A stretch of 64,000 nt of DNA, from contig OX597821.1 of the NCBI GenBank assembly GCA_951406725.2, positions 11,036,001 to 11,100,000 on the forward strand. Direction: 5' to 3'. Of the stretch, positions 1 through 12,526 are shown in pieces; position 1 is the first letter of the stretch; the number at the start of each line of letters is the position of its first letter. The notes under the pieces were generated by a model. The model searched no databases. It saw nothing but the letters and a program-made list of their open reading frames with translations, and had not been told where the DNA came from. A program made the translations under genes and the position numbers. The stretch is from Octopus vulgaris (Eukaryota).

Positions 1-385
1 CTCTTGTCGGGCGGTCCATCTGCTGTCAACAACCACTGAACGGAAGGTTGGGCACGCCGTGGTTGCTGATGCGCAGGCATGCACTGAAGCTGCGGCATCA
101 CCAGCGTTTTCATTGACAGTGGGTGTGTGTGGTCAGATGCGCTTTTCCTAAACTCGTCTGCTTAACGGAGATGCAGCCCTGGGCCAAGCTGAGACCGAGG
201 GAGGAAGATTGGCACCTTGAGTGCCGACAAACTTTCTTAGTTCTCTACCAGTCGGGCAATGCGGGCGGTGGAAATTACACCTTCGCGTTCTATAAGGGGT
301 TAGTGAAGAATAGGTGCGGCGTAATTGGGGAGGCTCTGGGCTTCAATGAGGAACGACTGCCCGATGTATATAAGGCTTCTTTTTG
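1..385 (+). mobile_element. L1/Tx1-type non-LTR retrotransposon ORF2 fragment (post-RT region), decayed
   Basis: Frame from nt 3 reads LVGRSICCQQPLNGRLGTPWLLMRRHALKLRH, resembling the 'P..GGLG.P' motif that follows the RT of L1/Tx1 ORF2. It continues after a frameshift into ORF 123..419. GC-rich relative to flanks and runs off the window edge. Confidence 0.6.
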
Positions 386-847
386 TTCATGTGTGTGTGG
401 GTGGTTGAGTCTGTGTTAGTCTTCCAATCACTGCTTCACAACCAGTGTTGGTGTATTTGAATCACAGAACCTTAGCAGTTTGGTTTAAGATACCGATAAA
501 ATAAGCTCCAGGTTGAAAAACAAAGTGAAATACTGGAGACAATTCCTTCGACTGAAGGGATTTTTCAAGGCGATGCCCCTGCATGGCCGCAGGGTAATGA
601 CTGAAACACGCAAAAGTTACAGAATAAACTGGATTGGAACGCCTTTGTAGTTTTCCTCGATTGGAGCTCAGCATAGGATAACATAATAACAGCAACAACA
701 ACAACAGTTACAATGACGGTGTTATATGAGTGATTTGCATTTCATTTCATAGAGCACTACAATAAATATACTCATCCTAAATGACTCCACCAATAAATTG
801 ACATTGTATCAATAGCATTATCTATATGTTTCAGTCGTTTTACTCAC

Positions 848-931
848 ATATTCCTACGCAAGATTCATAAGCCAGCTTTGTTTTCTTCACTGCATCGATG
901 TCATTTCTGCTTATTTTGGCTTTAAGAAGAT
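848..931 (-). CDS. M13 peptidase (neprilysin/ECE-like) internal exon, 84 nt, phase 1-1
   Basis: Acceptor ttctttattttctttatattcag|AT and donor ATAT|gtgagt. Translates (G|AT)DLLKAKISRNDIDAVKKTKLAYESCVGI, matching the neprilysin 'D..AV.KAK..Y.SC' segment. Phase fits the 9746-9904 exon. Not in the ORF track. Confidence 0.88.
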
Positions 932-1039
932 CTGAATATAAAGAAAATAAAGAATACGAAATCTCATTTAATCTCTGAACAAAGTGTGGGAGATTTAAGT
1001 AAACATATCAAAAGATCGCATGGCATGAAATTCAAGAGC

Positions 1040-1040
<1 letters not shown>

Positions 1041-1097
<57 letters not shown>

Positions 1098-1127
1098 GGT
1101 GGTGGTGGTGGTGGTAGTAGTAGTAGT

Positions 1128-1160
<33 letters not shown>

Positions 1161-1181
1161 CTGGTAGTAGTAGTGGTAGTG

Positions 1182-1222
<41 letters not shown>

Positions 1223-1286
1223 TGCAGCAGCAGTAGTAGTAGTAGTTGCAGTAGTAGCAGTAGCAGTAGTAGTAGTAGTAGTAGTG

Positions 1287-1324
<38 letters not shown>

Positions 1325-1327
1325 TGC

Positions 1328-1374
<47 letters not shown>

Positions 1375-1439
1375 CAGTAGCAGTAGTAGAAGCAACAGCA
1401 AAAGTAGTAGTAGTGGTAGTAGTAGTAGTAGTAGTAGTA
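1041..1439. repeat. (TAG/TGG/CAG)n trinucleotide microsatellite, about 400 bp
   Basis: Seen directly. Source of the poly-L and poly-V ORFs. Confidence 0.97.
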
Positions 1440-1450
1440 ATTACGACATT

Positions 1451-1844
1451 CTTTTACTCTTTTACTCTTTTACTTGTTTCAGTCTTTTGACTGTGGCCAT
1501 GCTGGAGCACCGCCTTTAGTCAAGCAAATTGACCCAGGACTTATTCTTTGTAAGCCTATCACTTATTCTATCGGTTCCCGCTATGTTACGAGGACATAAC
1601 CAAAACACGCATCGATTGTCAAGCGATGGCGGGGCACCAACACAGACACACAAACATACACATACACATGCATATACTTATATACATATATACGGCGGGC
1701 TTCTTTCAGTTTCCGTCTACCAAATCCACTCACGAGGCTTTGGTCGGCCCGAGGCTATAGTAGAAGACATTTTCCCAACGTACCACGCAGTGGGACTGAA
1801 CCCAGAACCATGTGGTTGGTAAGCAAGCTACTTATCACACAGCC
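1451..1844 (-). mobile_element. tRNA-derived SINE, family A
   Basis: Reverse complement of the 7349-7771 copy, with head, internal (CA)/(TA) tract and (AAAAGAGT)n tail. Confidence 0.88.
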
Positions 1845-1879
1845 AAATGCTACAAATAATATTAGTAAAAATAATACTT

Positions 1880-2085
1880 TCTACAACATGCACAAGGTCT
1901 GAATTTCTGAGGAGGGGCTAGTCGATTATATCGACCCCAGTGTTCAAATAGTATTTATTTTATCGACCCTAAAATTATGAAAGCAAAGTCAACATCGGCG
2001 GAATTTGAACTCAAAATTTAAAAACGGACGAAATACTGCTAAGCATTTTGCCCGGCGTGCTAAGGATTCTGCCAGCTTGCCGCCT
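1880..2085 (-). mobile_element. SINE family B (ggcggcgagctggcagaa...ggggtcgat type), decayed
   Basis: Matches the copies at 15085, 26712 and 31255 (ccccagtg...tatcgaccc...gaatttgaactc...gcccggcgtgctaa...gccagct). Confidence 0.8.
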
Positions 2086-2087
2086 TG

Positions 2088-2155
<68 letters not shown>

Positions 2156-2156
2156 C

Positions 2157-2216
<60 letters not shown>

Positions 2217-2218
2217 TG

Positions 2219-2274
<56 letters not shown>

Positions 2275-2275
2275 C

Positions 2276-2355
<80 letters not shown>

Positions 2356-2356
2356 C

Positions 2357-2403
<47 letters not shown>
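2088..2403. repeat. (TAA)n microsatellite, about 315 bp
   Basis: Seen directly. Confidence 0.97.
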
Positions 2404-2405
<2 letters not shown>

Positions 2406-3137
2406 TAAATACCCTGATGCAGTACGAGTTAGTGGCTCTCCTGGCTTCTGATCTTAACTGATTGGAAGTGTTATCATGCACATTGCTTTGTGTTTGTGTT
2501 TGTGTTTCTGGTAGCATGTTTACTTTCAAGTTCTATACAGTTAGCTGTGCTCTAACAAATAGGAATGGATCCATTCACTGAATGTCAGGCTTAAAATCAA
2601 GCAAAAATGTCAATATGATCGACTGCGTTCGTAGAACGAAAACTGTAAAAGGATTAGTAAATGTTAACTCATTGTGCCAAGCCACGGCAGAAGTGTGTTT
2701 ATGAATTTCACCGCGAAGAGGTGAATTATTTATAGCCTAGTCTTCCGAATAGGAAAGATAGGCTACTCTGAAGCAGGTCTACGAGATAAATGGTCGAGTG
2801 CTTAAAAGATGCAACAGTGTTTTGCTTGGCTTTTGGCTTTGCTATTTAACTGAATTCTCCTTTTGGTTGTAAACAGACACCTCGTATTCAACATAGCGTT
2901 CAATCTTTCAATTACACAGATGCACGTTCTATTAAGGTCAACGTTGCTTTTCATCCTTTCTGGGTTGCTTGGTTGATGAGATAAGTACCAGTTGAGCACT
3001 ATAGTTGATGTAATCCCCGAGCACCCCTCCTCAAAATTCCCTTAATCGAAAGAGATAATATACTCACAGGCATTTAAATCGCGATCACACCTACTATTTC
3101 AAAACATAGTGCAGATAATGCTGCTACATTCTACGGC

Positions 3138-3286
3138 TTATACTTTCTTTTACATAAACGAGCACCAAAGGGAGTTTGTGTGTTAGCTCTGTGACAGACT
3201 GACGCCATGTTTAAGAAAACGATTTGAAGTCGGGGTAAACTTCGGCCAATAGAGCTAATATACTTTTATACTTTCTTTTACATAAA
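3138..3286. repeat. 107-bp insert flanked by a perfect 21-bp direct repeat; diverged second copy at about 5239-5347
   Basis: TTATACTTTCTTTTACATAAA at 3138-3158 and 3266-3286. The interior gagcaccaa...gttagctctgtgac...acgatttgaagtc...taatatact recurs at 5239-5347. Confidence 0.85.
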
Positions 3287-4729
3287 GATATTCATTTTTG
3301 AGGAAGTGTGTGTGATCGATTATACCTACAAATGGAATTTGATTGTTAATTATTTAATCATCGAAAGGATAGAATGCAAAATCGCCCAGAGCATATATTT
3401 AATCTTAGAATAGGGGTCGATCCATGTTTCTTTGAAATAAAATAGCTACTACACAAGTTTTACTACAATTATTTCAACTCTAGTGACAATAGCTGTAGAA
3501 ATACAATTACATCGAGCGGCTATGTCGGAGAGGGAGGGGAGAAGGTAGACTGTAATATGTTCCATTGAGAAGAATGGATCTAAATACTCCTAGCAAATAC
3601 AAAAGACGAAACATGTACAATAGACATGCAGCTTGAAAAGAATGGTGAGGAACAAAAGCAGACAAAATACGATATTCATATAGCGGAAAGAAGTGTGTGA
3701 CGGTTCGTGTCTATATGAAGTATCTCTGTTGTTTACATAGACTATAGAATATTTCTATAATTTAGGAATATGTCAACTGGGTACATAAGTCAAGTTAAGT
3801 AACAACGCATATTATTCGGAATAATGTCAAGGAAAATAACTGCAGTTGATTCTGCTTATTAGCATTTTGGTTTTTATAATTGGACAATAGTCTCGTTGAT
3901 GGAGTAAACTTTCTAAATACCGATTACTTTAGAATTAATGCTAGAGATTCGCCGACCAAACACAGCCAGATGCTTTACTAATGATGCCTAGGTAAAGTTC
4001 TCAAAATTTCTGGAAGGTGAGGCCTCAGATGTGGAATGAAGGACTGTATGACTCTAGTTGACCCAGCTTTAAGAAATCCGTTATGATTAACATTCAGAAA
4101 AGATAAGGATGCAAGCTGTTGGAAAATGTCATTACTAATGACTTTCACCAGCATTTTCAGATGTCAGCAGAACAATAGTTCTCAGTGCACGCTCTTTTTC
4201 CTACTCATATAAACAGACAATGAAATACATTTACATTTTTTTAAACTACACTCCGAAAGCTGATAAAAACAATTACGTCAAGTTATAAACACTTCTTAAC
4301 TATAATTTTGGCATACAGCAAAAAGCTGTGAAATCTAGTTACGGTTGCTAGATCCCTCGAAAGCAACAGGCAATAGCGTAAGATTAAGTTCTTCCATCTA
4401 AAGGTAAGGAAGGACACCATGAAAATGAGGTCCAGAATACAACGTCAACAAACAAGATGAAGTGTCGGCGGCTAGACTGATCGTTGGACTGTATGACTAG
4501 TTTACGTTGGGGCTTAACAATAAAATTGTTCTACATTGAACGTGTCTTTGTGTTGCTCATCCTGCAAGGAGCAATAGCGATATTTCTTTGAAACCACTCT
4601 TTACCACCTTAAATAAGGGAAAAGGAATTTAAATATGTTTGATTATATATGTATGTGCGCATGAACGAGTGTTCCTGCGCATGAGTCTATGTGTGGGCAT
4701 GTGTGAGGGAGAGAGAGAGATACAGGCAT

Positions 4730-4762
<33 letters not shown>

Positions 4763-5927
4763 GCAAGAGAGAAAGATAGAAAGTTTGTGTTCCAAGTTGT
4801 AAGTCACAATTTTTCATCCATGTGACCAGAAGTATGTCCATATCTTCTTCAGGGCTTTCTGATAAATTTTCTAAAACGAATAATTGTATGGAGTAAAAAT
4901 ATTCTTTGAATCAATATTCTGAGATCAGCTACACCTAATTAGAATATGTTGAAGGCTATTTATTAAATGTATTGTTGATTCATGAGATTATAATTATTTT
5001 AGGCTATTAATGAACCCGAAAGTTACATCAACCAGCATACTTGCAAGTTACAAAAAGGAAGCCTAACGACTAGCATAAGATAATATGCTTCTACCTGAGG
5101 AAATTATCCGTTAACTCGTGATTTGAGAGTTTAGCTAAATTTTGTTAGGCCGTGGGTTAGATACTTAGATCATCAGCATGTTGAATCGTTGAATAAGGCA
5201 TTTCATGTCAATTTGGTTTTCTCCATTCAGTTGTAAATGAGCACCAATGGGAGTCGGTGAGTTAGCTCTGTGACACACTGACGTCATTCATGTTTAAGAG
5301 AACGATTTGAAGTCAGGGTAAGCTTCGGCAAATAGGTTTAATATACTCGATGAATTCTTAGAGTAAATTTTACATACGACTAAATAAACAAGAATGCCAC
5401 AGAAGAGGAGATGAGTTCAATCATGTTCCTAAACATCAGGCTCTATCTGAAGTTAAACAATAACCCCTTGTCTCCAGAATCATACTTCAGGGCATATATA
5501 CACACACGCTTTCACGCATATACACAGGCACTCGATCTCTTACATACACAAATTCTCTTACATACACACATTCTCTTACATACACACATTCTCTTACAGA
5601 CACAGACACGCACTCTCGTTACACGTGCACATTCTCGCGCAATCACGCACGCGTTCTTTCTCGCCCTCATTTTCACACACTCATACACTCGCACATACAT
5701 ACATTGTCATGCTTCTTCTCTCTTTCTCATTCTCTTTCTCTCTCTCACTCACACGCACCCACATACATTCACGCATTTATGCACACGCGAAGACTTCACA
5801 CACGCACACGCACACGCACAATACATTCACAAGAATCAAACTCGCTCGCATATTCAAACACAAATATCAATTAACGCACATCCTATATTTCTTACATTCT
5901 AAGTTGTTTTAAAATGTTAACTAATAA

Positions 5928-6088
5928 GAAGTGGCTGTGAGGTAAGTAGCTTCCTTACGGACCGCATGGTTCCGGGTTCAATCCCACTGCGTGGCACCTT
6001 GGGCAAGTGCCTTCTACTATAGCCTCGGGCCGACCAAAGCCTTGTGAGTGGATTTGGTAGACGGAAACTGAAAGAAGCCCGTCGTATT

Positions 6089-6156
<68 letters not shown>

Positions 6157-6357
6157 TGTGTCTGTGTGTGTCCCCCAACATCGCTTGACAACCGATGCTG
6201 GTGTGTTTAGGTCCCCGTCACTTAGCGGTTCGACTAAAGAGACTGATAGAATAAGTACTAGGCTTACAAAGAATAAGTCCTGGGGTCCATTTGCTCGACT
6301 AAAAGGCGGTGCTCCAGCATGGCCACATTCACGTGACAGAAACAAATAAAAGAGTAA
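5928..6357 (+). mobile_element. SINE family A
   Basis: gtggctgtgaggtaagtagc head, ggttcaatccc B-box, ggcaccttgggcaagt core, (TA)(TG)n centre, ggcggtgctccagcatggcc tail. Confidence 0.9.
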
Positions 6358-6869
6358 TAAGAGCGACTTTTTTTTTCTGACAGGAAGAAACATTGGAGTT
6401 TTAATTAAACTAATAAATTGTCATTTCTACGGTGAACAGCGAGAAACAAAATGACGATTCGCTTACTTATTCTTATTACGTTCTGGCAGGGGCAGATGTG
6501 AATATCCTAATTATTGTCTCGCTACAGAAAAAACTAATCTATGAAGGTTTTCGAGGATGTTAGCCTTGAATTGCTTCTGGCTGACAATGCACAACGATGC
6601 CGAAAAGCCGGTTGTCCCGGAATAGTTTGTAATTAGCGAATTCAGTGTTTTATGAACACACATCCATCGTAAATGAGTTGTTCTCTTATGATTCACTTTT
6701 GAATCTGCCTGAACGTATTAAGTAAAATTATGTAAATCATCAAGAGTAATTAATATTATGCTATAAATTGTTGTGTTATATATATTAATAGGAGACAATT
6801 ACTAAATCCAAAGTCATATATTAGAAAAAAAATTTTTCTCGAGATTAAACCGGTTACTCTTTTGTGATA

Positions 6870-7230
6870 TTCGTTACCAGTGTAGATATTGGCCTATTCT
6901 GTCAAGTCCTGATTTATATTCTATAGTATAAGTCCAGAAATTAGGTGCTTCACAGATTCAATCTCCTGCTTGCAGTATTGGTACTTTGGGTTTATTCCAT
7001 TCTATGGTAGTTACGGGTCAATAAGTTCTGATCTTAAGCTAAGATAAAGTCTTTGCTCTCTGCCTTAAGCCCTGTGATTCGTAGCAACCGATGCGTGTGC
7101 TTCTGGTCTACGTCAGCTTGTTTACTACAGGCCACATGTTAGGCATGCTGATGTTTTGTTCCCACCTATCAGCCAGTCCTTCAAATCTTTTCCTGTTGCC
7201 AACTAAACTCTGTAGAAGCTCATGACAGCG
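6870..7230 (-). mobile_element. R4/Dong-like (RLE-type) non-LTR retrotransposon C-terminal fragment, decayed
   Basis: Minus-strand translation with stops and frameshifts: KQADVDQKHTHRLLRITGLKAESKDFILA*DQNLLTRNYH.../NPKYQYCKQEIESVKHLISG.../EYKSGLDRIGQYLHW. This resembles the 'LKAETEG.I.AAQDQ.L.TRNY...C..C....E...H..SGC' zinc-knuckle region of R4-clade elements. Confidence 0.65.
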
Positions 7231-7348
7231 ATGATAATGGCTACACTGTTACCATGGCTACAAACCAACTAGTATGAATAATAAGAACGGACTTCTTCAG
7301 TATTAACACACATACCACCACACATATATTATAATATAATATATTATA

Positions 7349-7771
7349 GGCGTAGGAGTGGCTGTGTGGTAAGTAGCTTGCTAACCAACCACATGGTTCC
7401 GGGTTCAGTCCCACTGCGTTGCACCTTGGGCAAGTGACTTCTACTATAGCCTCGGGCCGACCAAAGCCTTGTGAGTGGATTTGGTAGACGGAAACTGAAA
7501 GAAGCCTGTGGTATATATGTATATATATATATATATGTATTTGTGTATATGTTTGTGTGTCTGTGTTTGTCCCCCTAGCATTGTTTGACAACCAATGCTG
7601 TTGTGTTTACGTCCCCGTCACTTAGCGGTTCGGCAAAAGAGACCGATAGAATAAGTACTGGGCTTACAAAGAATAAGTCCCGGGGTCGATTTGCTCGACT
7701 AAAGGCGGTGCTCCAGCATAGCCGCAGTCAAATGACTGAAACAAGTAAAAGAGTAAAAGAGTAAAGAGTAA
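7349..7771 (+). mobile_element. SINE family A, full-length reference copy
   Basis: tRNA-like head (gtggctgtgtggt A-box, ggttcagtccc B-box), central microsatellite, 3' ggcggtgctccagcatagccgcagtcaaatgactgaaacaagt(aaaagagt)n. Confidence 0.92.
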
Positions 7772-8529
7772 ATACTGTATTATAGTTTTACTTTTTAATA
7801 TATTATATTATACCATAACATATTACATTATATTATATTATATTCTTGTACTTGTTGAAGTCACAGGACGACAGCGGCGCTGAGGCGCCACCTTCATGGG
7901 TCCGTCAACTAAATCGACCCCATTACATATGTGACATGCTTCTCAATGTTACGGTTTCTTTGTACTGAACTGCTAAGTTAACTCCATTTAACGACGCTTA
8001 ACTACACACATATTCACACGCTATAAATTATGCCTGTATACATATAAAGCGCTTCACAGCGACAGGATCATATGAAACCTGAAAATATATAAGTATATGG
8101 TTTTAGAAACCAAATTTCAACCTTGATTTGAGAAAGTATACACCACCATTAAACCATGGACTTGTTCCCCTTTGTAGCAGCGGCTTCGCTTTGTTCAGCT
8201 TTTTGTTAAAGTCATATCAGAGATCTTTGAAATTTTTCCTGTACAAATACCTAAGTGTAGCTTATAGCTATTAATAATATACTTTCGTTGCAACATAACT
8301 AAATTGCTTTAGCTATGCTGAACAACATCGCATGCGCTTGCAACGGGAATGAATCCCAAGCGGTACAGGGTGATGGTGCAAGTAAAAACATAAGATAAAT
8401 TAAGGAATACATAAGTTTAGCCAATGCACGCTTAGGCACGTTGTAGACACACTGAATAGACACTATAGATAAACTTCGTGTTTTCCTTACAAAATAGGAG
8501 AAACATTTCCGTCTGACCTGTCTCTAATC

Positions 8530-8748
8530 CAGTGGTTTTCAACCAGGGCTCCGCGGAACCTTAGGGTTCCACCAGTACAGTCCAGGGGTTCCGCAAGAAG
8601 TTACAAAACTGCTAAAATCGGCAGTAATTTTTAATTCTCCTGTGCAGATATGTGTGCATAAGACTATTAAATTATTGCACAGGGGTTCCTCGAGCCAGTG
8701 GAATGTTTCCTTGGGGTTCCGCTCCAGCAAAAAGTTTGAAAAGCACTG
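8530..8748. mobile_element. hAT-superfamily MITE, 219 bp
   Basis: Termini CAGTGGTTTTCAACC / GTTTGAAAAGCACTG. Perfect 8-bp TSD CTCTAATC at 8522-8529 and 8749-8756. Repeated internal GGGTTCC motifs. Confidence 0.92.
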
Positions 8749-9745
8749 CTCTAATCTCACATTAAGTTAAAAGCTCAAACTGAGCATTATCCATTCTATT
8801 ATAATTATTAATTTCGGATTAATAGAACGAGATGAAATGTTAATGTTCGAAAGCATTGACGGACTGTGTAAAGAAGTAGAAAGAAACGATACTGATAATG
8901 AGATTTTTTTCTGCTTAGCTTAACGCCAGTTTAATAAAAAAAAAAATTGACATGTAAGAAACTGGCATTTGGCATTGATTGGAAATATAAATGAAACTGA
9001 TGATGGTTATTTGGTAGAAGAAATACAACTTAAAAAGATTTAATTATAGTTACTTAAAAATCTGAAATTAATTTGTAAAACAATGTCGTGAAGCTCCAGG
9101 AGTTGAACAGAAGTCATTACATTGAGACTGTCTGTGACTGAATATCACCATACACAGAGGCAAGGCATACATACCTTCACATTGCATAATGCAAGTAACA
9201 ACATCTGGAATAAGCTTGAAGACATTATCACATTCTTTTGGTAACAAAAGTTATTAAATATATACAAAAAATTAATGAAAAGTAATACATAAAGTTTTAA
9301 AGTAACGTGATTATTGTCTCCTTGTGAGTTGACAGCTGGGAGAGCTACTTCTTCCAGCACATCATTAACGGTCTCATTTCAGAGAAAGCGGATTTCAATA
9401 AAACTCAACATGATATTTGATTTTCTGTTTTGTCAGGGAAGTATTTTTATATGAAAGTTTCTTAGAAGAGTTCAACAAACTCCTTCTTTGAGGCAAAGAT
9501 TTTATTTCACCAACAGCTGTGTCAATTTAATTCTTTGTGATTTACAGTCAAAATACATTTGTTTTTCTATTTTTATGTAACTTGATTATTCGTAGCTTGT
9601 GTTCATCGAACAATTCCTGAATTTGAAGCATCAAAAAGTATATAGAAAAGGAATATATCAATAAATTATCCAAAGCTCTATATAAATACAAGATTTTACA
9701 GTTTTAATTTAGGTAGTAAAACAAAATGAAAACCTCTCAACTTAC

Positions 9746-9904
9746 CAATAATTCGTTGTTTTTCAATTTTTATGTCTTCCCTGAAGATGTCTTTTGCACT
9801 ATATGGCTTTACCGGATGTGTATCAATCCAGTCTCCACATGCATATTGATAAAAGTTGGTACAAGGTTCAACTGACATATTCATTGCTTGCAGAATACGT
9901 GCCG
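9746..9904 (-). CDS. M13 peptidase exon, 159 nt, phase 1-1
   Basis: Acceptor tttcttcgtttcaaaatag|CG and donor ATTG|gtaagt. Reads AARILQAMNMSVEPCTNFYQYACGDWIDTHPVKPYSAKDIFREDIKIEKQRII, containing the M13 N-terminal signature 'PC.(D/N)FY.YACG.W'. Confidence 0.93.
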
Positions 9905-10898
9905 CTATTTTGAAACGAAGAAAGAAATTATAATTATTTTAGTTTTCATGCAATTTATTTCTACTTTGAACTGGATTAAAATTATGTTTTATTACTTTAA
10001 TCGATTGGATTTATATTAATTTTAGAACAATAACGGCTGACTTTTAGTAATGCAACATTAGTTTAATCAATGATTTAAACATTTTCTTATGCTAGTTTCA
10101 TTAGACTTTCTCTTATTTGTGGAAACGTCAAGATATAAACAAAAAAGAACGATATAGAAATGTTTTTAAGTATTCTGTATAAATTGAAATGGTTCATTCT
10201 GTCTTTCACAGCTGTGAATATGTGTGTTTCTTTATCGTGATATATAATTACACTCGCTTTAATTCTTATTACAGCCTTTAGAAGCAACATTATAATAATA
10301 ATTAAATTTCACTACCAAAGAAATTTTTTGTATTTCATTATTTCCACAATAGTAGATTTTTTTAAAAGAATCATTAAAACTTTCTGACGGCAACTATGGT
10401 TTCAATTTATTGACTACAGCACTTATTAGTAACTGAAGAAAAGACAACTTCCTTGGAGTGTCTTTTTTTTCCCACATTTCATTTACTTTTTTTCAATACA
10501 ATCTTAAGGAAAATAAATCAGATTTAGTTTGAAAACTGCTGAGAGTAATGTCATTCTACTAATTACCAACATGAATTCTAAATATTGCCAATTTTTATTA
10601 CATCATCAAAAATACAGACTTAATTAAATATTATTTAATTATTTTTTTCTGTTTTTATGAAATCTATCTAGGTATTAATCTGACCAGTGTCAGAAATATT
10701 TTTGAGTAAACGATGGAAACATTTTACTTTCAAATATATTTTAGTCCATCATAGCGAAGTCAAGATATTTGAACTGAAATGGGGTGCAAATGACACGTTA
10801 GACGTTAGACCAAGACACCCTGAAAATATTTTATGGTAAAAAATAGTGCAGCTCTGATCATAGATTTCGTCAACCAAGATTGATGGGGACTAATAATA

Positions 10899-12170
10899 AC
10901 AGGCCATCGCATAAGTTCTGTCCGATTTTACCTTTTTTTTTAATTGAATGAAATTTAATAGTATTTTATGTCTAATGGAATTAAAATTTATTTTTATGCA
11001 TTTGTGTACATTTAAACTAATTAAGTATTATTTTACAGAATAATAGAATTAAAATTTCTTTGATTGAACCCCTTTCTAACATGGAAGTAGCCAAAAAGCA
11101 TTTAAGGCACATAATGCTTTATGAGTACAAAAAAGAAACTCTGCAGCCGAAGCCACTTGTGACATACACCCAGTTTATGGGAAAGACTGCTTGAATGAAA
11201 GAATTTGCAGATGTTTTTCAAAATTCAGAAGTGGAGATTTCAGCTTTGAAGATGAAGATCGAACAGGACGTCCAGTTGAGTTTGATGATAAGCTCCTTCA
11301 GGCATTACTTGAAGAAAATCTGCATTATCAGTTGAAGAATTGGCAATAAAGCTTAGTTCAAACCATATAACTGTTCATCGTTATCGTCATCAACTTGGGA
11401 AGATTCCTGAACTTGGAAAATGGGTGCCTCGAGAATTGTCCGAAAGCGATCGCAAATCCCGAGTTGAAATCTGCTCCTCTCTCCATTTGCGCGAATTCAT
11501 TTCACCCTTTTTGGATAGACTTGTAACGAAAAATGGATCTTCTATCGAAATGTTAAACGCCGTAAACAGTGGCTTGGTAAAAGGGAAAAACTCAACCACA
11601 ACCGAGAAGGGAGCTTCATGGGGAAAAGGTTCTTCACTTGCAAAGGTATAATTCACTTTGAATTGTGTGGTATTGCAAAGGAGTAATTCACTTTGAATTG
11701 GTACCACCTAATGCAACAATCAATGCTCAAGTCTGCTGTCAGCAATTAGAGCGTTTAAACCAAGCCTTGAAGAAAAAAAGACCTGCTTCAGTGAATCGAA
11801 AGGGAGTGATGTTTCATCAGGTCAATGCGCCACCCCACACTGCAAAATCACATCATAGAAAATCGAAGAGCTTGGTTGGGAAAGAAAATTCCTCATATAC
11901 CTTATTCTCCCGACCTTGCTCCTTCAGACTACCATTTGTTTCGTAGTTTACAGAATCATTTAGGGGACAAAACTTTCGCAAGTCAGGCGGAAGTCGAAAA
12001 TGACATTTCAGAGTTTTACATTGATGGAGTAAAAATAACTTGTAATTAGATGGAAGGAATTCATAGATAATCAGAAAAAGTACATTAATGATCAAATTCC
12101 AATTAAATATAACATTTGATCACTTATTTTCTTTATTCAAAATTCGGACAGAACTTATAGCATGACTTGA
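10899..12170 (+). mobile_element. mariner (DD34D-type) transposon, full-length but frameshifted
   Basis: TIRs (caggccatcgcataagttctgtccga / tcggacagaacttatagcatgacttga) with flanking TA. Transposase motifs WVPRELS, HQ(V)NA.PH and YSPDLAPSDYHLF are split across several frames. Confidence 0.93.
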
Positions 12171-12247
12171 TAGATGTTTAACTTTATCAATTATCAAATG
12201 TCTTCCTGACGTGGATAATGATTTCAGACTCGGTACTCTATCTCCAC

Positions 12248-12321
12248 AGTTTCGGTATATTACTCACAAAATGAATATTTTAGTCGTAAAATAAACATTT
12301 AGTGAGTAATATACCAAAACT
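12248..12321. repeat. 74-nt imperfect hairpin
   Basis: agtttcggtatattactcac-a-aaatg-aa-tatttta-GTCG-taaaata-aa-cattt-a-gtgagtaatatacc-a-aaact. Confidence 0.8.
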
Positions 12322-12526
12322 TTATCAATTGTGTAAGAGCGTTATTTATCAATTGTGTAAGAGCGTACAGTTTTGTACATGTTTTCGTTACTTTTAAAAC
12401 GTTTGCTAAGTGTCAACTCTTTTGCACAATAATACGTTGATAATTTAACTATAGCATTATCAGTCATTAAAAAACTGAGCAATTCGTATGTCAAAACGTT
12501 CTTTGCAATATGAATAAGATTTAGCA

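Noticed and set aside
4629-4870. Possible M13 exon (acceptor ttcgttttag|AA, ENLSESPEEDMDILL...)
   Set aside because: It runs into a (TCTT)n tract with no good donor, and the 848-931 exon matches the expected sequence far better.
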